From: Octopus sinensis
Lineage: Eukaryota
DNA: 64,000 nucleotides
Direction: 5' to 3'
Assembly: GCF_006345805.1 (NCBI RefSeq)
Contig: NC_043011.1
Location: 22,332,464-22,396,463 of the forward strand
The notes below the pieces were generated by a model. That model did no database searches, was not told the origin of the DNA, and was given only the letters and a program-made list of their open reading frames with translations. Shown here one piece after another: positions 25,243 through 38,347 of this stretch. Numbering within the stretch: position 1 is the first letter of the stretch; each line of letters starts with the position of its first letter. Made by a program: the position numbers and the translations under genes.

Positions 25243-25849
25243 AGGCATTATACAGCATGGCCTTAGCCAATGATGGCTAAAATAAACTTAAAGAATTTAA
25301 GCAATATAGACATTAATGTATTTGAAGTTTAATTATTTCACATTATTACTGCAAGTTCCTTGCAAATGTCATTTTCAGAATGACTGGTCATCAACTGATG
25401 ATATCATTGACTTTAAATACATCAGTATGCATGTATAACCATATGTTTATTCTAATAGAGAGTATTTTTTTACCTCTATGAACATTCTTACATTATATTA
25501 TTCATTGCAAACATGCCCTCACATTTGTGAAAACTAAGTTTACTGATGAAGAAATAAAGTGGTGAATATCAAAATGAAGTAATTGATTGGGAGTAGGTTA
25601 TTTTAATTGAAAAAAATTTTTTAACTTTCATGGAAGATGAAGAAATATATATTTGAGAAAATGAAAATATAAATTGTTCTATTAGAGTTAATTCACAACT
25701 TATTGAATGGGTGGGTCAAGAGTTAATTACATCCCTCACCATATGTATTATGGTTAAATGGGGTGGAAACCATAGATATGTATCTAAGCAATAGGTACAC
25801 AGCCTTATGAGGGATGGGGACAACTGTTAATTCTGCAGTTGGCCCAGCC

Positions 25850-26290
25850 ATGTAGTAACAAAGTATCAAGATACTTCTTCATGTGGGCGATCATGGGCCT
25901 TCATCCCTGCTTCTGTTCCACCGATAACTTATCAAGCTATTGAATCAGTCCAGTCATCAGGTATTTTTTCTACTTCCCTGACTGTTTCTTTCAGTTTTTC
26001 AACTGTCACTAAGTATCCAAGGCTGGATCTTCCCATATGATGTCCAATGAACTTAACCTGTCGTATCTTTATGTTGTTAAAAAGTTTATTAGTAGTTTCC
26101 ACATTTCTGTTTATCCAGGAATTTCAATATCTGTTTATTTTATATAATCAACATTTGTTTAAGGGGCTACATTTCTGCTTTAGTATTTGTATCTTAATGT
26201 TGCAGGTCACACAGCCATATCTAAGGAGAAGTTCTATGTATACTAGCAGGACTCTCTTCATTGCTCTTATTGAGAATAGTCATGTTAAAA
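25850..26290 (-). mobile_element. Decayed RTE-like LINE 3' fragment
   Basis: Minus-strand translation fragments resemble the RTE ORF C-terminus (WTDSI..V; N.RYADD-like region), with many stops. Confidence 0.45.
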
Positions 26291-26363
26291 CTTTAGTGTA
26301 AATCAGGCTTTATGCTAAATGATCTGTTCAGTAGTTTCAGATCTCTTTTTTATGCAGTCTTAC

Positions 26364-26513
26364 CTTCATCAAAACTATTGTATGTCACTTTCTTGGAAGA
26401 ACATTTTGGTGAATCTGGGGTAATGATTGGTGGTTCCACATTTGATGGAGAATCACTACTAATGTAAGAACCAAGGTCAAGATTGGACTTCCTGGGAAAT
26501 GTGAACTGGGCCA
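26364..26513 (-). CDS. HBS1L: HBS1-like protein, exon 3 ((V)AQFTFPRKSNLDLGSY...TYNSFDE)
   Basis: Acceptor ctttcAG, donor G|GTAAGA, 150 nt open in phase 1-1. It starts with the AQF motif that follows CISP.T in HBS1L. Confidence 0.9.
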
Positions 26514-26672
26514 CTGAAAGTAAATAAATAAATGATAAGAAATTTATGAAGAATATTTCTGAAATGTTAAAAAAAAAAAAGTTAGAATAGTATTACACAG
26601 AGATTTAATTGTTATAATTTGAAAGCATTCTCATTCTTTTCTAAGATTTTCATTTGGTAAAATATCAAAATA

Positions 26673-27045
26673 GGTGCAGGCATGGTTGTATGGTAAAAAG
26701 CTTGCTTCCCAACCACATAGTTTTGGGTTCAGTCCCACTGCATGGCACCTTGGGTGAGTGTCTTCTACTATAGCCTCAGGCTGACCATAGTCTTGTGAGT
26801 AGATTTGGTAGACAGAGAATGAAAAAAACCTGTTGTGTGCATGTGCGCATTTGTCCCCTACCACCACTTGACAACTGGTGTCGATGCTTATGACCCCTAA
26901 CTTAGCGGTTCAGCAAAAGAGACCAACAGAATAAGTACCTGGTTGAAAAGAAATAAAAATAAGTACTGGGGTTGTTTCATTCGACTAAAAATTCTTCAAG
27001 GCAGTGTCTCAGCATGGCCCCAGTCTAATGACTGAAACAAGTAAA
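26673..27045 (+). mobile_element. tRNA-derived SINE, dominant family
   Basis: Full head, core and tail. Confidence 0.8.
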
Positions 27046-27109
27046 AAAAAAAACAGTATCTTAAATTTGTTACTGTGGATTAAACAACATATTTGTTTTA
27101 ATCATTATT

Positions 27110-27808
27110 TCTATGTATATAAATGGCAAAATGTATGTGTGTGTGTGTGTGTCCTTTATACAAACCCACAATTTTTCAGTTAGAGGGCTTGCACTTTCTA
27201 TGGTCATTCAAAACCGTCCAAGGGTGGTTGTGAAGATCTTTTCATTTCCCAGTTACCCCTGAAAACCATTTTAAAAAATCGATAAACTGACCCCTTATGT
27301 TTCAGGTAACAAAAGTCTTTAATACAAGGGACGTAACTCACTTAATCCAGGAGTTTAATCTAAAGATATTAAACCATAGCAAGGGAAATAACTCTTTAAA
27401 ACTTTGCATTTCTCTCCCTTTGTTATGTATCACACCTCAGTACTGTACCAGACCAATTTATCCAATTTAGGACTGGAACTATCCCGGATTTCTGGATTTT
27501 CTAGTTTCCCAGAGAATTTCTAAACATTTGCTTAAAATCTCTATATCTATAAATGGCAAAATGTCTGTTTTTTGATTGGACAGAGATAATTTTACACCTG
27601 ACAGTTGGATGTGCGTGCGCATTTGCAGACAGTCTGTATGACTCTGTGCAATTTTGGGTTTTGCGAAGATGCATGCTTTTTTGATTTGAGAAATGCAGGG
27701 AATAATTAATGAGTTAGACCAAGTGAATGACAAGAGAGAGGGATTTTCATGAAAGACCAAATATGCTTGACTAGCACTAGACCCGACAGCGCTGGGTCAT
27801 AGTGCTAG
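27110..27808 (+). mobile_element. Composite non-autonomous Helitron-like element (two 5' ends, one 3' hairpin)
   Basis: 5' ends at about 27110 and 27538 match 12336. The 3' hairpin ACTAGCACTAGACCCG..TGGGTCATAGTGCTAGT is at 27770-27809. Confidence 0.6.
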
Positions 27809-28314
27809 TTTAATATATTTTTCTACTTTTCTGTACATAGCCATCTCATGCAACATTCACACCACAGGTACATACTAGCAGTCATCTCTTGTGTACATCA
27901 GCCACTACTTTTAATGTCCAACTATACTTTCAATCCACTTGTACTCTGCTTTTCATGCAAGCTGATGTTCCATTTCCAAATTCCCAAAACTCTGTCGACC
28001 TTCCACATTCAATGGTCCTACCTCACTTCCATACATCCCTTACATACTTCATAATTAGCTTTTTGCTCAAAAAATTTTTCATTATCAATGGATGTAAAAG
28101 ATAACACAAGAATTCAAAACAAGATATTCTTGGGAACATTTTTATACTGATGACCTGGTTCTCATAGGAGATTTTGTCAAAAAACTAGACAAGTTGCAAA
28201 CTTGGAAAGAATGTCCAAGGCTCTATTCCCTAAACATTTTCCCCCACTTCCTTTTGACTCTAGCTACTATACTTTTACTAAGACCACTTCTGGTAATAAT
28301 TACATCACCAAGAT

Positions 28315-28567
28315 CAGTGGTTCTCAATCTGGGTTCACATGGTCCTTGGGTGTCTATATAAGGTTTTGTTGTTAAAAAGTTAGGTGTGGTAAGCTAGTTA
28401 TATTTCTACAATATACAAAATACTTAAACATTCTTTATACAATTCCAAATAATATTTAATCATAAAAATATAATTTTTAGACATTGAATGACTACGAAGG
28501 TCCCCCAACCCCTGAGTAAAATAAGAATCAAAGGGGTCCATATGTAAAAAATAGTTAAGAACCACTG
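28315..28567. mobile_element. hAT-type MITE
   Basis: TIRs CAGTGGTTCTCAA and TTAAGAACCACTG; 8-bp TSD ACCAAGAT/ACCTAGAT (one mismatch). A related decayed copy lies at about 62950-63245. Confidence 0.75.
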
Positions 28568-29424
28568 ACCTAGATAATAGTCTATCATGCTATCTGAACA
28601 ACAGGACTTCTTATAGTGCAACTGAAATCCTGGTTCTCAGACAATCTGCCAGAAATACACCCATGCTAGCATGGAAAGCGGATGTTAAACGATGATGATG
28701 ATGATGATACCTAATGCTTGCACTTATGAACTAAATACCAAGTGTTAACCTACTCCTTATGTATCAAGTAATAATTTTGTGCTCTCTGTTGCTAGTTAGT
28801 TGTTTGGTATTTTCTATATTGACTTTTAGGGCCTTGAACATTCTTTCCAAGTCTGGAACTCGTCTCTAGTTCTTTGAGAAAAATTTGCTTTGGGAATCAA
28901 GTCATCAATATAAAAATGTTCCAAAGAATATCTTATTTTGAATTCTTGTGTTGTTATCTATAATTGAAATGGACTGAAGAAAGAGCACTCTTTAACATCT
29001 ACCTGTTGTCAACCCTCACCTATTTCTAATTACGGTAATATTTCCCCAAGGCCAGATATGATTCAGAGAAGCTTGGAACAAAGGACACTGCTTGTACAAT
29101 GGTGATACTTGTTTATAACGGTCATGTGATGAGATAATGGGACAGTAATGCTCACACATATATAAATATATACATGACAAGCTTCTTTTCAGTTTCTGTT
29201 TACCAAATACACTCAAAGGGTTTTGGTCAACCTGGGGCTATAGTAGAAGACACTTGCCAAAGTGCAACACAATGGGACTGTGGTACTTATAACAATATTT
29301 TTTTACAATGTCCATTTTAACTAAACATTTAAACAAAATATTGGCATTTCAGAGATTTTATGAAGTGACAGTGAGACCATTTTTAGCAAGGAATCTAGAT
29401 ATCTTGAATTGCTTTTCAACTTTT

Positions 29425-29818
29425 ATTTTACTTGTTTCAGACATTAATCTGTGGCCATGCTGGGCACCAACTTGAATTTTTAGTTGAATGAATCAACTGC
29501 AGTACTTATTTATTTTGTTATGTCTGGTACTATTCTATCAGCCTCTTTTTGCTGAACAGCTAAGTTATGGGAACATTAACACACCAACACCGTTTGTCAA
29601 GCAGTAGTGGGACACAAACACATACACAAAGATGCATACATACATGCACACACATGGGCTTCTTTCAGTTTCTGTCAACCAAATCCACTCATAAGTCTTT
29701 GATCAGCCCAAGGCTATAGAAGAAGTCACTTGCCCAAGGTGCTACACAATGAGACTGAACTTGAAAGCATGTGGTTGGGAAGCAAGCTACCTACCAAACA
29801 ACCACGCCTGTGCCTATG
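29425..29818 (-). mobile_element. tRNA-derived SINE, dominant family
   Basis: Reverse-complement copy about 200 nt downstream of exon 2 in transcript orientation. Confidence 0.75.
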
Positions 29819-30026
29819 TGAATTTTGCTGATAACAAATAGTTAAAGGTCATTGAAGAAGCATTGGAATCAGTTACTTTAGCTGAACTGTAAGCTACTAA
29901 ATGAAGCAAATTATTTTAATAATACTATGTCTTATTCTAAGTAGAGTTGATCATGTGATTATAAATAAAAAAAAAATACAGAATAAGATCTTCAGGGAAG
30001 TGAACATTAACAGATAAACAGCATAC

Positions 30027-30104
30027 CAGTTCCAGGAGAGATGCAATATTTATCATCAAATGACTGGCCATAACAATCTTCAACATCATCGTCATCAAAA
30101 AACT
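30027..30104 (-). CDS. HBS1L: HBS1-like protein, exon 2 ((E)FFDDDDVEDCYGQSFDDKYCISPGT)
   Basis: Acceptor ttctaattccAG, donor G|GTATGC, 78 nt, phase 1-1. The acidic YGQS..DD.YCISP motif is typical of metazoan HBS1L. Confidence 0.93.
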
Positions 30105-30656
30105 CTGGAATTAGAAATTAAAAATATATAATGAGTTGATTAGTTTTTAAATAAAATTTTGTGCTAAAGGTAGGTTTTATAAATAGTGTATAGCAATGAA
30201 ACAAAATAGTGTAGAACAGAGAAACATTATTATGACAATTTTTTAACATACATGATTCATGCTAGCATGGGTTGGATATGAACAACAAATGGAAGAAAAT
30301 ATAAACAACTATGTATCTCCTCTGCAGCCAGACACTTGTTTCTGTTTCTCTGTCACACTCTAACCTCTCATCACTTGGCACAAGGCTACCTCCTCCAATG
30401 CCTCCCCACCCTCTCAAACAATCTTTGTCTTGTGGAGTTACTTGATGACCCTACCAGTGCTGGTGCCACATAAAATGTGTCCAGTCCACAATGTAAAGTG
30501 GCTGGCATTTGGAAGAGCATCTAACCATAAAAACTATGCCAAAACAGTGAAGCCCGGTGCAGTCTTCTGGCTTGCCATCTCCTGTCAAACCATCCAACCC
30601 ATGCCAGCATAGAAAAACGGACATTAAGTGATGATGATGAAATAACCAAGACTATT

Positions 30657-31168
30657 TAATCCTTTAGCATTCAGATTACTCTTTCAAATGTAATGCTTAT
30701 TCATTTAGTTCTTTTGAATTTATCTTGCAATTTCAAGATTTCAATGATGAGATTGTTTAGTTTTAGAATGACATTGTAGGGTAGGTGTGAGAGGCCAGAT
30801 CTGGTTAGTTTGAACACAAAACAGAATATCTGGGCCAGATGTGGCTAGTTTTGATTACCCAGACCTAATATCAAGACAACTGGCTGTGACCATCTTATCT
30901 TTGTATGCAAAGCATGCCAATATGATTTTCCTTTTTGTTTAATCCTTTAGCATTTAAACCAGCCATATCTGGCCCAAATACTCTATATATTTTATGTTCA
31001 AGCTGACTGGTTCAGGCCTCCCACATCTATCTTACAATATCATTCTAAAACTAAACAATCACATCCTTGAAATCTTGAAGTTACAAGATAATGCAAGATT
31101 AATTCAAAAGAATGTGATTGAATAAGCATTATATTTTGACAGAATAATCTGAATGCTAAAGGGTTAAG
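30657..31168. mobile_element. Two inverted copies of a piggyBac-type (TTAA) MITE
   Basis: TTAATCCTTTAGCATTCAGATT.. (30657-30852) and its reverse complement (30939-31168, ending GAATGCTAAAGGGTTAA). Confidence 0.7.
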
Positions 31169-32664
31169 TAGGGTTTATGAGGCAGATTTATCTGCTAGTT
31201 CTAGCAGTCTAAAGACTGCACAGAGATTCCCTCATTGCAGTTGGTAATTTGTGAAGGACAAAACAATGACTGTCAGGTTAAGGTGCTCAACCACTGACTA
31301 CATGGTCTTGACTTTAAACTTTCTAAACTATTGACCTTTTGGACAAAGTTCATAACTGTTCTAGCTTGCCTGGATGACAGAATTAGATCTTAACACTATC
31401 TCACAGCACAGCAGTCAACAGTAAAGAGGGCGTCTAGTTGAGGAAACAACTGCCCCAATGAGACCCTCCATATGGTTACTCAACCAAATCTCCCTCAAAT
31501 CATACTGCCATCTTTAAAAAGAAAGGGCAAATTTGGATAATGTAGTCCAAAATAACACTGATTTATTAAAAGAGGGGATGGTTCTCAATCATAAATCTGC
31601 TTGATCAGGGCTGACCTGAAGCTAAGCAACTGTCCCCCACACTCCAATAAACATTCCACACATAGTAACACAAGAAACTAATAAAAGATGACAGAAGATT
31701 AAGAGAGACAGTAAAAGATTTATTGCAGGTAGAGCTGAAAGAAAAGATATGAAAATAGAACAGTTTAGAGGGGAAAATCTTGTAAGTCTTCCATGACTAT
31801 ATTGTTTACGGCATACATGCAAATCACCAGATGAGATCAATGGTTAATCCAGCCTTTCAATAAAGTTACTAAACTACATTTTTCTTTGTGTAAGTTCATA
31901 AGTACATACACATACTCCTTGCATTATGAAGGGATTGCATTCCTAAAAAATGTTGCCATGTGTAATTCTATAATGTGAAACCTATATTCGCAATGACTTC
32001 CATCAATGGGAAAATATTACAGAATTCCACATTATGGCAAGATTTTCAGTAATGCAATGTTTTTGTGTGTATATATCATTACAAAGATTTTAAATTGTTT
32101 TGTTCCTTCATGGAAAAGTGGATGTGAAAACAGATGATGATGTGTATGTAAAACTACATTATCTAATGTGCTCCTCCTTGTGTTTTAGTACCAGTCAGTT
32201 CCGATCCAGGTTTTTGATCAAAGGTATTCAAGCTACAACCATTTTATCTTTCGTTCATAGTGTACCTAGGACCATTATCTAATGTGTCCTTCCTTGTTCT
32301 TGTAGCTTAGTCCCAGGTCTGTCCAGATTCAGTACACCTCTAAATGTATAAGCACAGGCATGGCTGCATGGGTAAGAAGATCGCTTCCCAACAACATGGT
32401 GTCAGGTTCATGTTCATGGCAAGGTACCTTGGGCAAGGGGTTTCTACTATAGCTTTGGTTTGACCAAAGCCACTGTCATAAATAGCATGATTTGTGTTTG
32501 TATCTAAAGTTTGTCCTCATTAGATGTTTCATTGCTCATGATTTACTCTTGCCATCTTGATTGCTTTTATTGTAGATCATACTGTAAAGTATGCTGTATT
32601 GAATGTTAAATAAAATGTATCATAAGGTCACGCCCATCTTTTGTAAATTGTCTTATTTCAATTT

Positions 32665-33340
32665 ATTTAACATTCAATGGAGTTGCCTGTTTTCAATGCA
32701 TCATAGACAATATGATTAGAGAAGATCAAGAATACTTTTGCATACTTGGATAATATTACCATCTGCGGAAAGAATCAAGAAGACCATGACAAAAACCTCA
32801 TGCACTTCCTTGATTGTGCTAAGAAGTATAACATAACCTTCAATGAAAAGAAGAGTAATTATTGGTGCAAAGGAAATCAAGTATCGAAAGGAAACATCAT
32901 ATCTGATCCTGAGAGATTGCAACCATTGAAGGAACTTGCTGCCCCACATGACTCCAAAACTCAAAAAAGGGTTGCTGGCATGTCCTCTTACTACTCGTCA
33001 TGGATTTTGCATTTTTCTGATAAAATCCTTCCCCTGATAATAAATAAAACATTCCCCTTACCAGTAAAAGTGAAAAATGTCTATGAGTATCTGAAAGCAG
33101 AAATCGCAAAAGCAATTGTTGTGACCTAGTGGCTGAGATGGATGCCTCAGATATAGCCATTGCAGCAACTCTTAATCAATGTGGAAAACCCATTGTCTTT
33201 TTCTCAAGATCATGGAGTTCAAGTGAAAGGAATCACTCATCAGTTGAAAAAGAGGCTTACACTATCGTAGAGGCTCTTCAAAAGTGGAAGCATTATCTTC
33301 TTGGCAAGCATTTCAAATTAATCACAGACCAAAAGAGTAT
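32665..33340 (+). mobile_element. Ty3/Gypsy LTR retrotransposon RT-RNase H fragment (pseudogenised)
   Basis: Track ORFs 32746-33129 and 33129-33374 give LDNITICGK..EDHDKNL, DPERLQPL, DASDIAIAATLNQ.GKPI.FFSR and EKEA..IVEAL.KW.HYL.G.HFKLITDQKS. Confidence 0.92.
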
Positions 33341-33342
33341 TA

Positions 33343-33508
33343 CTTGTAAAAGAAGAAAATCCAGTAAGACATAGGCAAAGCAGTGGAAGCTGATCTCAAA
33401 ATGTTGAGCCTCATGGATTTGATGACAAAGTACTGAGACAATTGATGAATTGCTTTCCTCAAGAAGCATTTTGTCTATGCTTGTACGTGATGGACACTGT
33501 CTGTACAC
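33343..33508 (+). repeat. LINE 3'-end copy forming an inverted pair with 37061-37214
   Basis: GAAAATCCAGTAAGAC..GCTGATCTCAAAATGTTGAGCCTCATGGATTTGATGACAAAGTAC aligns to the reverse complement of 37061-37214. Confidence 0.85.
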
Positions 33509-35099
33509 ACACAGAAAACTGTTGAATAATGAGAATGAGTGCTCAAGTGCTCAACACCGCATTGGTGGATAAAATTTCTCTATTTGTGTATTAGCCTTAA
33601 TACACACATATTATTTTAATGAAGCTGAGGAAAGTTCGCAAATTGCATTTAGAGTTGCATGTAACCATCATCAGACAGTAGTAAATACAGATTAATAAAA
33701 CAATTTATAAATCAAAATTTATAAACTAATTTGTTAGTCTATATTACCACAATTGTCTGATGAATGGTTATGTGAAACTCTGAATAATATTTTGTGAATT
33801 TTTCTTGGCTTCAATAATGTAATATTTTTAGTCTATTTTTGATATGAGTGCTATTTTTTTCTTATCTTGTTTTGTACCTATATGCTTACTTGAGAGAGAG
33901 TGAGATGCAGGCATGGCTGTGTGAGAAAGAAGTTTGCTTCCCAACATGGATTCATATTCAGTTCTATGGCATGGTATCTGGGGCAAGTATTTTTACTATA
34001 GCCCTGAGTTAACCTAAGCCATTAAACAAGCAATGTCATTCTTTCCTAATCTTCCATGAAAAACCACATCTGGCAATAGGGAAATGTTACCTCACTGGGA
34101 AATAGGTACAGATTGGTGACAGGTATCTGGCCTTATGAATTGTCTGATTCATGCTATATGGAAAAGTGAATCTTAAATTAATAATGATGACGAAGGTGTG
34201 TGTATGTATATACACACACATCATCCTCATCATCATTTTACCATTTGTATTCCAGACTGGCATGGGATGGATGATTCTACAAGATCAGATGAGCTGGAGG
34301 ACTGTACTGAGCACCAGTGTCTACATTGGAAAGGTTTCTGTGGTTGGATACCCTTCCTATGACCCCAGCACTTGTGTGGTCACTAAGTAGCTCAAAAGAC
34401 AAGACCCTTGAAAAGTTGAGAAGTAGTATTGACAGATGTGACTTTGTGCAAAGCGCTGTGAATCAAAAATATGACAGGACATGTATTTTGCTGTAGAAGA
34501 GATACATGGTTACTTCAAAAAGAAAGAGTGAAAGGATGGAGGAAATGAAATATCAGGATGTACCCTCAAGGAACAAGATAGTGGATAAAGAGAGAATAGG
34601 GACAGCGAACTGAAGCTGGGGGGAGTAGGTTTGTGCAAGTGTGAAAGGAGAGTAACAAATAGTAGAAATGAGGATAGAAGTGAATGCTGTAGATGCTGAG
34701 AACAGGTGGTAAAGACATAGACCATGTAAATCTCACTTTGGGTGAAAGTAAGGAAAATGGTTCTGGGAGGAGGAAATGATAGGTGGCAATATATAAAAAG
34801 ATTATTAATATAATAAAACTGTAGATAGATGAGAAATAGGGAGATGATGTGAAATATGGAAGAGAGAGAGAGAGAGAGAGTACAATGACAGGGATGGAGG
34901 TCAGAGGTATGTAAGGGTGGATATAATGACACAAAAACAAAATGGAGTGGAGATCAATGGCAGATATGAAAGGGTGTTCAGTGGAAAGGATGATGTGAAT
35001 GTGGGATGGGTGCAATGGAAGTGGTTCTAAAGAGAAGGATAACTGGTAGCATAAAGTGAGATGGAATATAGGTAGTTTTGCTCTCAAATAATTACAGCA

Positions 35100-36330
35100 G
35101 TTGTAATTAAAGGGGTAAAGAAGAGATGGATGTTAAGAAGATGAGCTGTGGGGAAGATGTAAGAGACACAGACTGAATACAGTGGTATAGGCAATTGACA
35201 AAATGCCTTTATGGATGGGTCTTCTCGAACACAGCAAATCACCTATCATCTCAGTACCTTAGTCGTTTCTTTTGTGAAGCTCAACAACCAGAGGTCAGTC
35301 TTCAGTACTTCATCCGATGTCTTCCAGTGTCTCCCTTTTCTACAAGTTCCATCCACTTTAAGGAACTAGGACTTCTTTATGCAGCCATCCTCATTCTTAT
35401 ACATCACATAACCATATCAACATAGTCTTCTCCCTTTTACACTACACCTGATATTTCTTATGCACATTGATGTTGCATGTTCAATGGAATACACTAGCTT
35501 CATTTCTTTCAAGCTTTCATGTATCCTCTGTATTTATGGCTCATGTTTCACTATCGTGCAGCATTGCTGTTCTTACCCAAGCTTCATATAATCTGCCCTT
35601 CACTTTGAAAGAGAGGCCTTTGGCTGCCAACAGAGGTAATATCTCTCTGAAATTTTTCCAGCTGTTTTGTATTCTGGCAACTATAATTTCAAAACATATT
35701 CCTCCACTGCTAATTAGGTCACCTAGGTATCAGGAACTATCTATTACCTCTAAGGACACTCTTGGATATTCAAGAAAGTCTATTTCTTGTATGTTCTTAA
35801 GTTTTACTGCTCCTGTGCATCTGCCACAAACAAAGTCTGTTAATTTCCTGTGATTCCACTGTACTGGGTACACTGTAAGGAATTTCTACCTATACCTTCT
35901 CTACATAATGAACAAGACCAGTTTTCTGAAGGGATGAGCATACTGTCTGTTTTCCTGCTTACTAGATCTTAGGTCATTGCTAAGTTAACTTCAAGGCACT
36001 ATGATTCCAGGTTTTGCATCTGCACCTGGAATATCTTTTCTCATTCCATTTCAGATTCAGCTATAAGAACAAGGTCATTGTAGAGGACATTCCATAGGTA
36101 ACCAGTCTTAAATTCTTCTGTTATACCCTGAAGAACTATGATAAACAGGAGGAAACTGAAAACCAAACCCTGGTAAAATCTTACCTGTAACTAAGTTCAC
36201 TGTTGTATTCATTGCCAACTTTAACCTTACTGACAGCATCCATGTACATGACTTGGATGACTCTTACCAGCCATTCATCAACCTCTGGCTTCCACAACTA
36301 GCATATATATAGATACATCATCATCTTCAT
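35100..36330 (-). mobile_element. Decayed RTE-like LINE ORF2
   Basis: The minus strand gives ICGRCTG..YLGDLISSGG..ARI..SWKNFREILPLL..KGLS.KVKGRLY.ACVRTAMLH.SETWA. Track ORFs 35195-35853 are its antisense. Confidence 0.8.
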
Positions 36331-38347
36331 CATTTAACATTCGCTCTCCATGTGGGTGTGGGTTGGATGGTTTGACAGGATCTAATGCCCCATGTCAGTT
36401 TTGGCATGGTTTCTACAGCTGGATGCCTTTCCTAACACCAACCACTTTATAGTGTGTACAGGGTACCTTTTTGTACCACCGGCACTTGCGATGTCACTAA
36501 GTACTTGCAAGACAAGAAAGAACAAGGATAAAAACCCCTAAATTGCGACTGAGCGAGGGGAGGAGGGAATATTTAAGAGGGGTGAGAAGTGGCTACCTCA
36601 TTATATAAGGGAATACCTAGGAAGTAAAGAAGATGGTAATGATGAGGTGCTAGAGAAAGCCCTCAAGGGACAAAAGATGATACAAACAGTGGATTAAGGG
36701 TGTAAGGGGAGAGTAATAGGAGTGGGGGGATGTAGCTTCATGGAAAATATTGGTATGGTGAGGAAGGTGAAGATAGAAGAAACTTAGGAATGATAGATCA
36801 GGGAGAAGGCGGTAATAAGCAAGGTGTGGGTGCGGTGATGAGGGAGATGTAGAGGTCCTGAAGGGTGGCTACAGGGAAGGATTTGGTCGCAGATACAAAA
36901 GACCACAAAGAATGATAGCAGATACAAATGTCTGGGAAGAGATGATGACAATGAAGGATAGCTGGGGGGGGGTATAGGCAGTAACTGGCAGTGCAAAGAG
37001 TTAGGGGATGGATATTAGGAGCACAGGGAGGTGAGATGAATACTTGATGGGGTAGAGTAGGTGTGCAGACAGTGTCCAGCATACACAAAATGCTCCTTGA
37101 GGAGAGCAATTCATCAACTGTCTTGGTACTTTGTCATCAAATCCATGAGGCTCAACATTTTGAGATCAGCTTTCACTGCTTTGCCTGTCTTACTGGATTT
37201 TCCTCTTTCACAAGTTCTGTGACCAGCATCACATGACCACAGTAGTGCAGACACATCATGCACACTACATGATTCCTCTTATACTTATTTTTCTATCGGC
37301 ACACTAAGAGTTTGCAGTACATGCATACATACATATCTATATATATATCTGTTACTTGTTTCAGTTATTTCTGTGGCCATGCTGGGGTACCACCTTAAAT
37401 GGTTTTAGTTGAACAAATTGACCCAAGGACTTATTTTTTTAAAAGCCTATTACTTAATCTATTGGTATCTTTTGCCAAACCGCCAAGTTATGGGGGAAAA
37501 CACTCACTCACACACACACACAATGGTCCACAAAATCTACTTCACAAGGCTTTGGTTAGCCTCAGGCTATTTAAGAAAGCATTTTCCTAAGGTGCAACAT
37601 ATATATATATGTATGTATGTGTATATATATAGACAGTCCTCGTCTGATACAATCTATCGATCTATGTGCGTGGTTTTATGAAACCTTTCCAATGTAGCGT
37701 AATTTTATGAGCTAAAAACGCAAAATCCGGAATTCTAACAAGCCATCCACGTTAAGTTGGATATAAAAATTACTTTTATATTTACACACACACATATATT
37801 CATCTACATATACAACATATAAATATAATATATACACACATATAATACATATGTACGCACATCGACATATATACATATACTTAAACATATAAGTATATAC
37901 ACACACACATATGTGTGTTTGTGTGTAGGTTATTAGAAAATAAATGTTTTAAGTATTAGAGTGTCCCATACTCATTTAAAATACACGATCAGATGATTAC
38001 TGAAATCAAGAAAAACCTTCGTCCCAAATTGATCACAATAAACGGCTTCCATTGTGTTTGCGTGTGTGTGTGTATATATACACACATTTTCTGATTACCT
38101 CATTTCTTCTAATATATAAATATATATATATAATATATATATTTATATATACACTCACACACATACATTAAGTTGTTCTGGTGAAATAAAGTAGTATAAC
38201 TGAAGAGAAATGCTTGAAAAGGTTAAGAAAAAAGAATTGTGCTTGAGAGAAGTTATTTATAGCCAGTGAACAGTTTTCATGTCGCAAGGTTCGCGCTGTG
38301 TAGTAATGATGACAGAAACAAAACTGGATCTTGAATCCACAACTTAC

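Noticed and set aside
34510-35087. ORFs of 140 and 173 aa rich in L/S/F/H
   Set aside because: Antisense of a purine-rich repeat also present near 3150-3450 and 36600-37060.
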